Shown: positions 25,415 to 36,823 of the stretch, piece by piece
Layout of the letters: every line of letters begins with the position of its first letter
Position numbering within the stretch: position 1 is the stretch's first letter
Source of the DNA: Anolis carolinensis
Lineage: Eukaryota
Length of the DNA stretch: 64,000 bases
Assembly: GCF_035594765.1 (NCBI RefSeq)
Contig: NC_085845.1
Coordinates: 58,088,024 to 58,152,023 of the forward strand
Reading direction: 5' to 3'
The notes under the pieces: generated by a model
Told to the model about the DNA's origin: nothing
The model's input: the letters and a program-made list of their open reading frames with translations, nothing else
Databases searched by the model: none
Made by a program: the position numbers and the translations under genes

Positions 25415-25721
25415 CCTTTATTTGATCTTCTATGTCTTCCAGGACATAGCTTCAAAAATGAAATTTTTTATGAAAACATGTGTCAGAACACTTCTTGAAA
25501 AAGGAAACTATTTTAAACTCAAATTTGATATATGGTCGTAGACTGTATCACAAAGATGTAAGTAATCTTTGGAACAAAGCAACAATAATACCTATACTCC
25601 ATACAGCACATAGTCAGAATTATCTTTGTTATAAACATATGCAGCAAATAGTAAAAATATCATGGAAGATATTAACACAATCAAGGAACATGGAAGGCAC
25701 TGCAGACTAATCCAACCAGAT
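25415..25721. repeat. 307-bp direct repeat, copy 1 (target duplication of the L1 insertion)
   Basis: Matches 29189-29495 with one substitution seen (C25491 vs T29265). Confidence 0.95.
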
Positions 25722-28700
25722 CTTTGTTAACCAACAGTTTACATCAGGTGTTTCTTTATTTTTCCACATTTTGGCAAAGTTCATTCTCGCTGCGGTGGTG
25801 AGATAGTTAAAAAGGATCTCTTTGTTCCTATCTTTTTCTATGTTTAACATCCCCAGGAGGAAATGTTTCGGGTCTAGATCAATTCTAATCTGCAGTATCT
25901 TTTGAATTATTTGGTGAACTTCTTTCCAGTATGACCTTGCCTTTTTACATGTCCACCAACAGTGGAAAAAGGTCCCTACTTCCTCCCCACACTTCCAGCA
26001 TTTATTTGATGTTTTATTGTAAAATTTTGCAATTTTTTGTGGGGTCCAGTACCATCTGTAAAACATTTTTATCCAATTTTCTTTCATATCTGTGGCATAT
26101 GTGAGTTTGAGTCTGATATTCCAACTTTTTTCCCATTCTGCCAATTGTATCGGTTTCCCAATATTTTTTGCCCATTCTGTCATGCACGTTTTAACTGGTT
26201 CTGTTTCTGTTTCCCATTCCAGTAATTTTTTGTAAATTTTGGATATTGTCTTCTTTTCCGATTGCATTATCTTGTCCCAAAAACTCTCTTTTCCTTCAAA
26301 TCCTAATTTTTTATCTTTATTGTAGTAATCTTTTAGTTGTAGGTACTGGAACCAGCCTACATTTTTGAATTCAGCAGTTATTTCTTCCTGGCTTTTCAAC
26401 TTATAGGTGTTGTTTTCCCTAACTACTATATCTTTATACCTTGGCCAGTTCTCCGTACCCAATTCCCTTCTCTGGCACGCCTCTAGCGGGGATATCCATA
26501 ACGGAGTTTTCAAATATAGTCTCTTCTTATATTTGTCCCACATTTTTAGTAAAGATGAACGAATAAAATGATTCCCAAAATTTTTTTCTATTAATTTCTT
26601 ATTATACCATAAATATGCGTGCCACCCTGATCTTAAATCTGCCCCTTCTAGCGCTGTGATTTTTGTTTTTTGAAGAGTAGCCCAATCTTTAACCCACAAT
26701 AGTCCGCAGGCATCATGATAAAGTTGTAGACTTGGGAAGCCTAGCCCCCCCCTGTTTTTCTCATCCATCAAATATATTCTTTTGATTCTTGGTTTCTTCC
26801 CCATCCATATAAATTTGCTCAAATCTTTATTCCATCTTTTAAATCTTAACGAGTTTCTTATAATTGGGATATTCTGGAAGAGAAAAATCATTTTTGGCAA
26901 TATAGTCATTTTTATTGCAGCTACCCTCCCTAGTAATGATAATTTTAGGTGTTTCCACTTTTCTAAATCTTTTTTGATTTCCTTCCATTTGGAGTCGTAA
27001 TTATTTTCTAGGAGCTGGGAGTTTTTAGCAGTTAATATTATTCCCAAGTATTTGATTTTTTTTTTAACTTGGATACCTGTTAGTTCTGTCAATTCTTTTT
27101 GTCTAGTATTCGTCATGTTTTTTGTTAATATCATAGTTTTATCTAAATTGATTTTTAGTCCTGATACTCTCTCAAATTCTTTAAATTTGGCAAGCCAGCA
27201 ATTTATTGTTTTTATTGGTTCTTCTATTACACATATCAAATCGTCGGCGAATGCTCTAATTTTATACTTATGCTTTCTAATACTTGCTCCTTTTAATTGG
27301 GGATCATTTCTAATATTGTTTAGTAACAGTTCTATTGCAAAGATAAATAAGAGAGGGGACAGAGGACAGCCCTGTCTCGTTCCTTTCTGAATTTTAAAGT
27401 TCTTAGATTCCAAAGAGTTTATTTTTATTTTTGCTTCTTCTTGATCGTAAATTTGACTAATCGCGCTAGTAAATTTGTACCCCATGTCCAATTCCTTTAT
27501 CAACAATTTAATCAGGTCCCAATTTAGATTGTCGAAAGCTTTTTCCATGTCTATCGCTAAAAGTGCCAATTCCTCCTTTTTTGTACCCTCATAATATTCA
27601 ATTATGTTTATGATTTCCCTCACGTTATCTCTCATATGTCTTCTGGGCAGTAAACCCGTTTGATCCTCCCCTATCCAATCGGTCAAAAACTCCTTCAATC
27701 TCTCTGCTAGTATATTTGAAAAAAATTTGTAATCCGAATTTAACAGAGATATGGGTCTATAATTCTTCACTAAACTTAAATCTTGCCCTTCCTTTGGGAT
27801 AACTGTTATTGTAGCATAGCGCCATGAATCTGGCACCTTTTTATTATCTAAAATTTCGTTCATGATTTTCTTTAAGAATGGGATCAGTTCTTCCGCGAAC
27901 GTCTTGTAGTATAGCCCATTTAGACCATCAGGGCCTGGTGCCCTGTCACTCTTCATGTTGTTAATTGCTTTTTGGATTTCTATTTCCGTTATTTCCTTAT
28001 TTAGTAATTCCCTCTGTTTTTCTGTTATTTTAGGTAATTTTTGGTTACTAAGAAATTCCCCTACCTTGTCCTTTTTGATGTTGTCTTTGGCGTATAGTTT
28101 ACTATAGAATTTGTTAAAATGGGCCGCTATCTCGGGTTCTGTTGTATATCTCTTCCCATCTGAATTTATTTCTGTTATTGTCCTATCCTTTTTTTTCTTT
28201 CTGATTTGCCAGGCTAACCATTTTCCTGGTTTGTTGGCGTTTTGAAAGTACTGCTGTTTCAGAAATTTTAACTTATTAGCCATCTCTTCTAAATCTATCG
28301 AGGTCAGTTGTTTCTTCAGCATTTCCAATTCCTGTTTTACTTTGCCATTAGTCGGGTCCTGTTTTAGTTTGGTTTCATTTTGTTTAATTTCTTCCTTTAA
28401 ATTAGATCTAATTTTATTCTTAATTTTGTTTTTCTGGGCGTTTTGTTGAATGAAATGTCCGCGCATAAATGCTTTACTCGCGTCCCAAATTATTTGTGGG
28501 GGTACCTCCGCAGTGTTGTTTATTTCGAAGTATTCCTGGAGGATTTTTTATTTCTTAAAATATCTCCTTCTGTTTTAATAAGATTGGCATTTAATCTCCA
28601 GTTATAGTTTCTTTGTTTCTTATTAATTGTGAATTCTATTGGGCAGTGGTCTGAGATGTACCGGGGCAAGATGTTTATTTTTGTCACTTTGAGGCTTAGT

Positions 28701-29188
28701 AGCGAGGTCATCCAGACCATGTCTATTCTCGTCCATGTGTTGTGTCTATTAGAAAAATAAGTGAAGTCCCTTTGTTCACCATGGTGAATCCTCCACACAT
28801 CTTTTAATTCCCAGTCTACTAAAGCCTTCACAAATTTCTTAGGTAATAAGCCTGACCGTGTTTCTACCCTTTTCTCTTTACCTGTGCAACTTCCCTTTTT
28901 ATCTATCTCAGGATCAATTATTCCGTTAAAGTCCCCCAGTATTATTAGATCGTCAAATTCTTGTTCCTCTATTTTCTTTTTTAAATTTTCTAGGAATGAT
29001 GTTTTTGGACCATTCGGGGCATAAATATTGCAGATTAGAATTGTCTGATTGTCTGTCCTGATCTTTGCACCCACCCATCTTCCATCCTCGTCCTTGAATG
29101 CCAATTCCGGGTTCAGCTTCTCATTTATATACAGCACCACCCCCTTTTTTTTTCTCCTTAGCTGTCGATGAGAATACAGCCCCCAGAC
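25722..29188 (-). mobile_element. L1-clade LINE, internal ORF2 fragment (APE endonuclease + RT + Cys-rich domain)
   Basis: EN motifs NIYAPN, LGDFN, RIDMVW, SDHCP; RT motifs YRPISLLN, DMEKAFD, GTRQGCPLSPLLF, FADD; CWKC..HCWWTC; one frameshift at ~28545; no ORF1, 3'UTR or poly-A. Confidence 0.96.
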
Positions 29189-29495
29189 CCTTTATTTGAT
29201 CTTCTATGTCTTCCAGGACATAGCTTCAAAAATGAAATTTTTTATGAAAACATGTGTCAGAACATTTCTTGAAAAAGGAAACTATTTTAAACTCAAATTT
29301 GATATATGGTCGTAGACTGTATCACAAAGATGTAAGTAATCTTTGGAACAAAGCAACAATAATACCTATACTCCATACAGCACATAGTCAGAATTATCTT
29401 TGTTATAAACATATGCAGCAAATAGTAAAAATATCATGGAAGATATTAACACAATCAAGGAACATGGAAGGCACTGCAGACTAATCCAACCAGAT
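29189..29495. repeat. 307-bp direct repeat, copy 2
   Basis: See 25415-25721. Confidence 0.95.
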
Positions 29496-30056
29496 AAGTC
29501 AGCCATAGCAGTAGCACTTGATGAACCAACCTGGACACAGTTTATTATTTGAGAACACAGAAATGCTACACACAGAAGCCATTGAAATTCACAAGTATGT
29601 GGGCAATTTCAACAGAAAGAAGGAAACCATGAAAATGAATAAAATCTGGCTACCAGTATTAAAAAAGCTCTAATATCAGAACAGTAAATAAAGAACAACA
29701 TTCTGAAAACGGAAGAATTCCTAACATGAATCAATCAGGGCCAGCTAACACCTCTAACCAAAGGATTCCCAAAGGCAGGAAGAAGCCAGGCCTTGAAGCT
29801 GGCAAGGCCATTAATGCTAATCAAGGTGATTAATTACAAAATTCACACTGGCCTCCAATAGACAAGAGTTCTTTCTCCCACCCTGGACCTTCCACAGATA
29901 TATACCTCCCTTGCTTAGCTTCCATTATATCTCACAACCTCTGAGGATGCCTGTGTGTGAAACATCAGGAGAGAATCTTTCTGGAACATGGCCATACAGC
30001 CCGGAAAACTCACAACAACCCCAGGGATTCTGGCCATGAAAGCCTTCGACAACACA
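29448..30056 (+). mobile_element. Penelope-like element 3' fragment (GIY-YIG C-terminus + pLTR with hammerhead remnant)
   Basis: Reads KEHGRHCRLIQPDKSAIA... and EAIEIHKYVGNFNRKKETMKMNKIWLPVL; CCT-CTGAGGA...GAAACATC-AGG at 29938-29969. Confidence 0.85.
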
Positions 30057-31413
30057 CTAAATAGTTTCTTCGGGCAAGTTTGGCAGAAGCTTGTCTCTTC
30101 TTAGGGGGCATTGTGATGTTTGTCACTCTAAAGTAAACTGATGTACAATCTATAGTTGAATATCTCTTGGAACCTGTTGTTTTACTTTTCAAAATATACA
30201 CTGCAATTTAAATTTGCATATGGGGAGGGTGGGGGTTAGAGATAGAACAAAACTATATAGGTCATCTAAACACACTGTAAATTAAAAAAAACATTTTAGT
30301 TTACAAAGAAAGAGCAGAGATCAACATTCAAGGGATAAACTACAAATTCATGAACTCGTTACAGGAATGTTCCAAATGTCTATTTGTATGATATAACAGT
30401 AAACTGCATCACCTCCCATTCTATGTCAGACATTAGGACATGTGTATCAGGTCTAAGTTTGTCTTTATTCTGAATTAAGACTGAGAGAAAAATGAATACA
30501 TCTTTATAGTTTTCAGACTCATAGACTTGGGTTCCTTTTGTTTTTAGAATTTTAAATTAATGAAATCAATTATATTTGGTAAATTACATTGTCTTGGGCT
30601 ATAAATATTACAAATGCTTTTTTATATTGCATCACTTATTGTATAGGTGGCCAGAGAATAAGTCCTGTTGTAAAGGACTGTTGTAAAGAGCTGCCCTGAG
30701 TCCCTTCGGGTGAGAAGGGCGGCATATAAATGATGGAAATAAATAAAATAATTAATAAATAAATAAAGGAAATACTGCTAGAGCCACAAAGGGGGAAACT
30801 GACAAATAAAAATGACAAGACCAGTAAGTGAGAAATGCAGCTGTACCTAGTATATCAATCCAAAGACATAGCTGTTAGGCTTGATCGATCCATGAAAAAT
30901 TTGATTCTAAACTCGTTTCAAAACTAGAGGGGGCAGTTTTTCGTTTTTGTTGCTAATAACGAATTTGGCCCCCAAAAATTTTCGAAATTAACGAAAATTC
31001 GTTATTTTCGAAATTAATTCGTTAATGGCGGACGTGCATGCGCGGTGGCCCAAAAACAGCCCGAAGGGGGGGGGACTTAGGGGGCTCTCCCGCCCTCATT
31101 TTTTGAGTGATCTTCTTCAAACTTGGTACAGTGGTAGAACACATTTAACACTGATAGCTCACCAAAATGTGGAACGTTTCCCTTATCCTCTGATTTTTGG
31201 CAAATTTTCATAGCTTTTATAATAAACCTTTTTTTAATAATTGCAGTAATCTGTTCCTGGTTTGAAAGTCTTATTTCCTGTTAAATTGGGTTGTCTTTAC
31301 TGTGAAAGTCATTGTTCTACTTCAGAAACTTTGTTTTTGTGGCTGAAACTTTGTTAAATTGGTGTGTGTGTGATATATATTGTGTATATATATATATATA
31401 TAGAGTCCCTGCT

Positions 31414-31452
<39 letters not shown>

Positions 31453-31453
<1 letters not shown>

Positions 31454-31612
31454 GGTAAAGGTAAAGGTATCCCTTGACGTTAAGTTCAGTCATGTCTGAC
31501 TCTGGGGGTTGGTGCTCATCTCCATTTCTAAGCCCAAGAGCCAGTGTTGTCCATAGACACCTCCAAGGTCATGTGGCCGGCATGACTACATGGAGTGCCA
31601 TTACCTTCCCAG
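31453..31612 (-). mobile_element. Sauria SINE 3' fragment
   Basis: (ACCTTT)n tail; the body matches 49455-49650 in reverse. Confidence 0.85.
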
Positions 31613-31619
31613 AAACACC

Positions 31620-31975
31620 CAGAAAATGGGAATTCCAGACAGGAAACAATCAGGGCCAGCTAATACCTCCCAACAAAGGATTCCCCCAGGTAGGAAGCAG
31701 CCAGGCTTTGAAGCTGCAAGGCTATTCAATGCTAATCAAGGTGACCAATTGCAACATTCACACTTGCCTCCCACAGACAAGAGTTCTTTCTCCCACCCTG
31801 GACCTTCCACAGATATATAAACCCCACTTGCCTAGCTTCGCACAGACGTCAAAACCTCTATGTCTGCCACAGATGTGGGTGAAACGTCAGGAGAGAATGC
31901 TTCTGGCACATGGCCATAGAGCCCGGAATACATACCACAACAGTGTGATCCCGGCCATGAAAGCTTTCCACAACA
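31620..31975 (+). mobile_element. Penelope-like pLTR fragment
   Basis: Homologous to 29700-30056 and 38340-38665. Confidence 0.85.
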
Positions 31976-32819
31976 CAACCACAGTATCCATTCAAGTTCA
32001 TGTAGCGTGGTATGGACTGGAGACCTGTATTGGGGGGAGGGAGGGTGCGAATCTGGGCCCCTGGGAGCAGCCGAGGACGGGCCTGGCCCACACCCCCTCG
32101 CATCCCGGGCCTCTTCCTTCCTCTTCCTTTTGTTATTTAAACTATATATTGTGAAATTATGGTGTGTTTTTTTTCATGCGTGTTCTGTGTTCAAGATAGG
32201 GAGACCAAAGAGGAAAAGCAAGGGAGGGACGGAGGCCCCAACACTTCCGGCTCCCTTGCGAACTCCCCCCTTGTGTGCCTTGGAGGGTGGAGCATGCGCA
32301 CTGGCTCTCCCTTTCTCTATGGCTCTTTTCAGGTCGCTTGGGAACCCGAAGTGCCTCCTCCCTTTGCCTTTGTGTCCAAGAAGGAGAGAAGGACGTTGCA
32401 AGGTTTGCATTGAGGGTGTTTCTCTGGTGGGTTTGGCTTGGAAGGGGGCTCATTAAGGCCCAATTAATTAATGCACTGAGCTGAGGCGAGGCGGCGGCGG
32501 CCATTTCCCCCCTCCGTCTTCCTCCTCCTCCTCGGCCTCCTTCCCCCTCGCCCCCTCCCATTGCCTGAGCCTCCCATTGGCTGAGGGGCAAAAGGAAAGG
32601 AGTTTGGGTGCTTTGCAAAAGCTCTTTTTTCTTAACGAAAAAAACGAAGAAATTAGAAAAAACGGCCTCTCGCGATTCGAAACCGCGATATCCAGACGTG
32701 TGGACAACCAAGGTTCGATATTGCTTCAAAACAATAGAAAATAACGAATCAATAACGGTAAACGGGGAAAACGAATTATTTGAGCAAGCCTAATAGCTGT
32801 AATAGTCTGAAATTTAAGT

Positions 32820-32999
32820 ATGCAAAGAGATTTTGTAGCACGTTTGAGATTGAGGAAAAAAGTTGGTAGCATAAGCTTTTGTAGACTTAAGTCTACTTCC
32901 TCAAATGCACCTGAGGAAGTAAAGTTAAGTCTATGAAAGCTTATGCTACTAAATTCTTTTCTCAGTTAATCTCAACAGTACTACAAAACCACTTTGCAT
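32820..32999. mobile_element. Palindromic Penelope (Neptune-like) derivative with two degenerate hammerhead motifs
   Basis: Imperfect ~90-bp inverted arms centred at ~32906; each arm has (C/T)TGAGGA-stem-(G/A)AAA-GCTT-ATGC. Confidence 0.7.
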
Positions 33000-33484
33000 G
33001 GTTGGTATAACAATATAAAACATTCTTAAACCTACTGCATATTTGGACTAATACTGTGGAGTATCCATGTCACAGCAGAGGAATACACAGCACTCTGGAC
33101 AAAGGCTGAACAGGGAAAGCAATGAAAATAAGGAGTAATTAATTTCCCACAACTGAAGGAATTTCTTTTAGGTCAAAAGGATAAACAGCACTACAAACCC
33201 TATTGTATCCAATTTCCCCCCTCGATGTTGTATAGTCAGGATTGTCTTTGACAATGGAACAAAATAATAATCCTACATGAGACCAGAACAAAGAGAAAAG
33301 GCAAATAAACTGTTTCATCCACAGGCTTACATTAGCCAAGAGGAAATCTTGGAAGGATATTCTCCTACAGACCTATTCTCTCTGGGCAGAGGGGGTTTTC
33401 TCTACCAGTAGTGCTTTTGTTGGCTGCAGCAGGATGGGATTTTTGTTTAAGGCAAAAGGAGTATTAGATCTAATGGATACTAAA

Positions 33485-33590
33485 TATGATAGCCATGTTT
33501 AAATATTTGAAAGGATGTTATATTCAGGAAGGGGCAAGCTTGGATTCTGCTATTCTAAAGACTAGGTCACAGAATAATAGATTCAAGAAA
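33485..33590 (+). mobile_element. Old CR1 fragment
   Basis: DMIAMFKYLKG...GASL.S...TR.Q.NRFK motif of the CR1 ORF2 end. Confidence 0.65.
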
Positions 33591-33654
33591 GAATCTTAAG
33601 GTAACCTGGGATGCAACAGCAGTCATCATCCATTGAAGATGCCTGCTGAGGTAA

Positions 33655-33895
33655 AAATGGCATTTATTGTGTGTTGCTTCAAGGAGTTTCTCACTTACGG
33701 CAACGCTAAGGTGAACCTATCACAGGGGTTTTTGTGACAAGATTTATTCAGAGGGAGGTTTGCCTTTGCCTTCCCCCTTTGAGGATGAGAGGATAACTTG
33801 CCTAATATTATCCAGTGGGTTTCCACAGCTGAGCCAGATCTGAATCATGCTTTTGAAAGTTGTAGTCCAAAACTAAAATCACTACACCATACAGG
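33655..33895 (-). mobile_element. Old tRNA/CORE-type squamate SINE (related copies at ~23960-24050 and ~49000-49190)
   Basis: Similarity among the three copies; tRNA-like head and CORE-like segment. Confidence 0.55.
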
Positions 33896-34884
33896 CTCTC
33901 TCGAAAGTTGTACTACTGCAAGGTAATGACATCAAATATCATGGGGTCTTAACTGTGTAGCTGAAAATATATTGTTCCTGACTTTAGCAGCAAAATGAGT
34001 GGAGAACACAGTTTCAAAAAGCTAAGCTTGTCTAAACATTTGAGATACTAGTATAGAAGACCATAAAGGTAGGGCCCATTGTAAACTTTGTTCCTATAAT
34101 TTACAAGGGCTGTTATCACCTCTGCAACATTATCAACACTGAACAAGTTTATGCTCAGTAAGCATGTTGGGAGAATTTAAAAGATGGAGGAGTGAACTTG
34201 CCTCTTAAAGGGACTTCACAACAGTAATGTCATCTGAGAGGAAGGAGGATCCTAGAAATTATTTTCACAAGTCAGTGCTCAATGTGTTCCAGCAAAACAT
34301 TAGGGACCTTATCAGACAGGGTGAATTAGCATCCTAGGATACTTTTACCCAGTCTAGAGGACAGAGCCCAGCACTGGACATCACACAGCATTGTTTGGGT
34401 TCCAGCAGAGGCCCCACCCCCAACTTGGTGAAAGCCTCACTGGATGCTTTTCCCCCAACACAGGAGGCTTCCCGTGTTGTGCTGGCTTCAATAGAGCCAG
34501 TACGGGGCCTCTCTGCAGAGGGAACTGCAAGCGGTGGAGCGGGAGCTGCACAGTGCAACAGATGTGCCCTGATGTTCCCTCTTTCCTCCCAAATGTCAGG
34601 CGAAGCAGGACGCTTTTATAAGGAGGCTGTAGGTTCAAATCAGTGAGTCAGTACCATCCAGATAGAGAAGACGTATCTCAATCTAGTCTTCCTGCAGAAG
34701 AACAAAGCAATCTGAAGTGTGCTAAATGAAATGTGTATATGAATATGACTGATAAGGGGGTGGGGGAAGAATACAATGATGTTAAATGGCAAAACATTTT
34801 AAAATGTTTTCTAGAGAAATAGTTAATACACAAAATAAGGATTTGCTGTAATGTACAGGATTTTCATTGTTTTCAATTGTGTTA

Positions 34885-35150
34885 TTCCAGAACCACCCGC
34901 AATGAGTGAACATCTGCAAAGTAGGGATGCTATATTTATTTTAATATTTATACATTATTTTAGTAGTTATACACTATTTTAAGTCTTTATCAACCAATCG
35001 GGTGTTGATAAACCTCCTTCTCCTCCTGTTGCTCCTTTTTCTCTCCCTTTGGCTTCTTCTTCCTCCCTTCCTTAGGCTGTAAATTGTAATTTTTTATGAT
35101 TTATAATAGTCTTTTAGAGTTTATTGAAAAACCGCAAAACAGCGAATCTC
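34885..35150 (-). mobile_element. Degenerate copy of the Tigger-like MITE at 51568-51909
   Basis: Reverse complement of the 51600-51880 body. Confidence 0.75.
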
Positions 35151-35277
35151 CATTACATTTCAGAGCTGGTAATGAAAACTGAACTTCTAAAAGCAAGCGG
35201 TCTCATGATATCAGATAAATGATTGCATATTAACATTTCAATGTTCTATTAATTTAGCAGAGTTGCTATATTTAATG

Positions 35278-35412
35278 CAGTGGTTACCAGACTTTTATCC
35301 TCCAGGGATTTAGGACTTCAGCTCCAAGAACCCCAGTCAACCTGGCAGATGGTCAAAGATTCCGGAAGCTGAAGTCAAAAACTTCTGGAGCACTGAAGTT
35401 TAAGAATCACTG
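35278..35412. mobile_element. Old hAT (Charlie-like) MITE
   Basis: CAGTGGTT...AATCACTG termini, internally palindromic. Confidence 0.6.
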
Positions 35413-36503
35413 TTTCAATCACACAACAACTGAAATATATAGTTGCTTTTTCAGTTACCTGATATTGCTTGAGTTACACACTGAAGAGTTTTTTTAACCT
35501 ATAATCTTTGGAAGACAGAACTCCTTTTCCCATTTTGAATGTATGGGATAGATTTCTTTTTTAAAAAAACCCTATATTTATTTAGAGCCAGGAAACTACT
35601 TTCTCTCAGTAGCTTTTACTATTCTACAGACAATAGTAACTACTGTCCAGAGTTGAGATGACCTTTGCACCACCACCTACTTTGTTTCTTTTTGCAATGC
35701 TATCCATCCTTTTTGAAATACAATTCTACTCATTTATTGGTTTTTTCCCCCCTCCTAACATGTTTTTTTTTCTACTAGTGGAGAAGAGAAGGGGAGTATT
35801 ACTGTACAAGCAAAAATAGGTTTTATCTACTTCAGGAAGTACAATCAAGGACAATTATATGAAATGTCACATGTTGCTGATGACTGCAAGATCCAGAGGG
35901 TGAGGGAGGAATGTGAACTTTACTAGTATATTATTTGTAAAGCTGTTGTCAAATGACCGATAATGAAGTAAATCAATTCCAGAAAGTATCAGATTCTACT
36001 ATAGTTCCATGTTCCATACAATTAAAAATCATTAAAGAGAAAACTATGATTTATATATAAACTACTATTTGGAATCACTGACCAACATATAGAAACAACT
36101 ACAATAGTAACAGTTATGAACTGCTTGTTATTTCTACACCAGGAACTGTGTTTACTGGCATACAAATTATTATTATTTTTTGTTCTTTTGGTCAAAGATT
36201 TACATAATGAAATTAAAATGAGACACACATATCCCTATTCACTAACCACATCCCTAGATCCTTCAGATCCTAATTATGCTTCCCATTTGGCAGAAAGGAA
36301 CATAGGCATCTGTTTCTGAACTGGAAATCCCTAAATCACTGCACATATTATGGAACTGAGCTAATGCAAGAATTGTTATTCAAGATAAAAAATCTACCTG
36401 TTTAAAAGAGGGATCTTATATGATATCATATAGCATATGCTTTCAGTTGCTCAAGACATAAAATGGTTATTAAATATGATAATATACTACTCACTGGCTT
36501 ATA

Positions 36504-36823
36504 CAGTAGAGTCTCACTTATCCAACATAAAAGGGCCAGCAGAATGTTGGATAAGCGAATATGTTGGATAATGAGGCATTAAGGAAAAGCCTATTAAACA
36601 TCAAATTAGGTTATGATTTTACAAATGAAGCACCAAAACATCATGTTAGACAACAAATTTGGCAGAAAAAGTAGTTCTATATGCAGTAATGCTATGTAGT
36701 AATTACTGTATTTATGAATTTAGCACCAAAATATCACGATATATTGAAAATATTGACTACAAAAATGCATTGGATAATCCAGAATGTTGGATAAGCGAGT
36801 GTTGGATAAGTGAGACTCTACTG
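36504..36823 (+). mobile_element. MITE family A copy 3
   Basis: TIRs and TA TSD. Confidence 0.92.

Larger units (their letters stand above)
30876..32792. mobile_element. Non-autonomous hAT (Ac-like) element with nested repeats
   Basis: TIRs TAGGCTTG/CAAGCCTA, perfect 8-bp TSD ATAGCTGT, CpG-rich subterminal AACGAA-type repeats. Confidence 0.9.

Noticed and set aside
25480-29484. Two identical 76-aa ORFs (25480-25710 and 29254-29484) as a duplicated small gene or LTR-encoded peptide
   Set aside because: They are a by-product of the 307-bp duplication; non-ATG start, no recognisable domain, and the end overlaps a Penelope relic.
25415-29495. A new LTR retrotransposon with an L1-type EN-RT
   Set aside because: The repeats lack TG..CA ends, PBS, PPT and an outer TSD, and they contain part of a pre-existing Penelope that continues beyond copy 2.
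31474-32729. 226-aa and 190-aa ORFs
   Set aside because: They run across SINE, Penelope and hAT internal sequence; chance ORFs.
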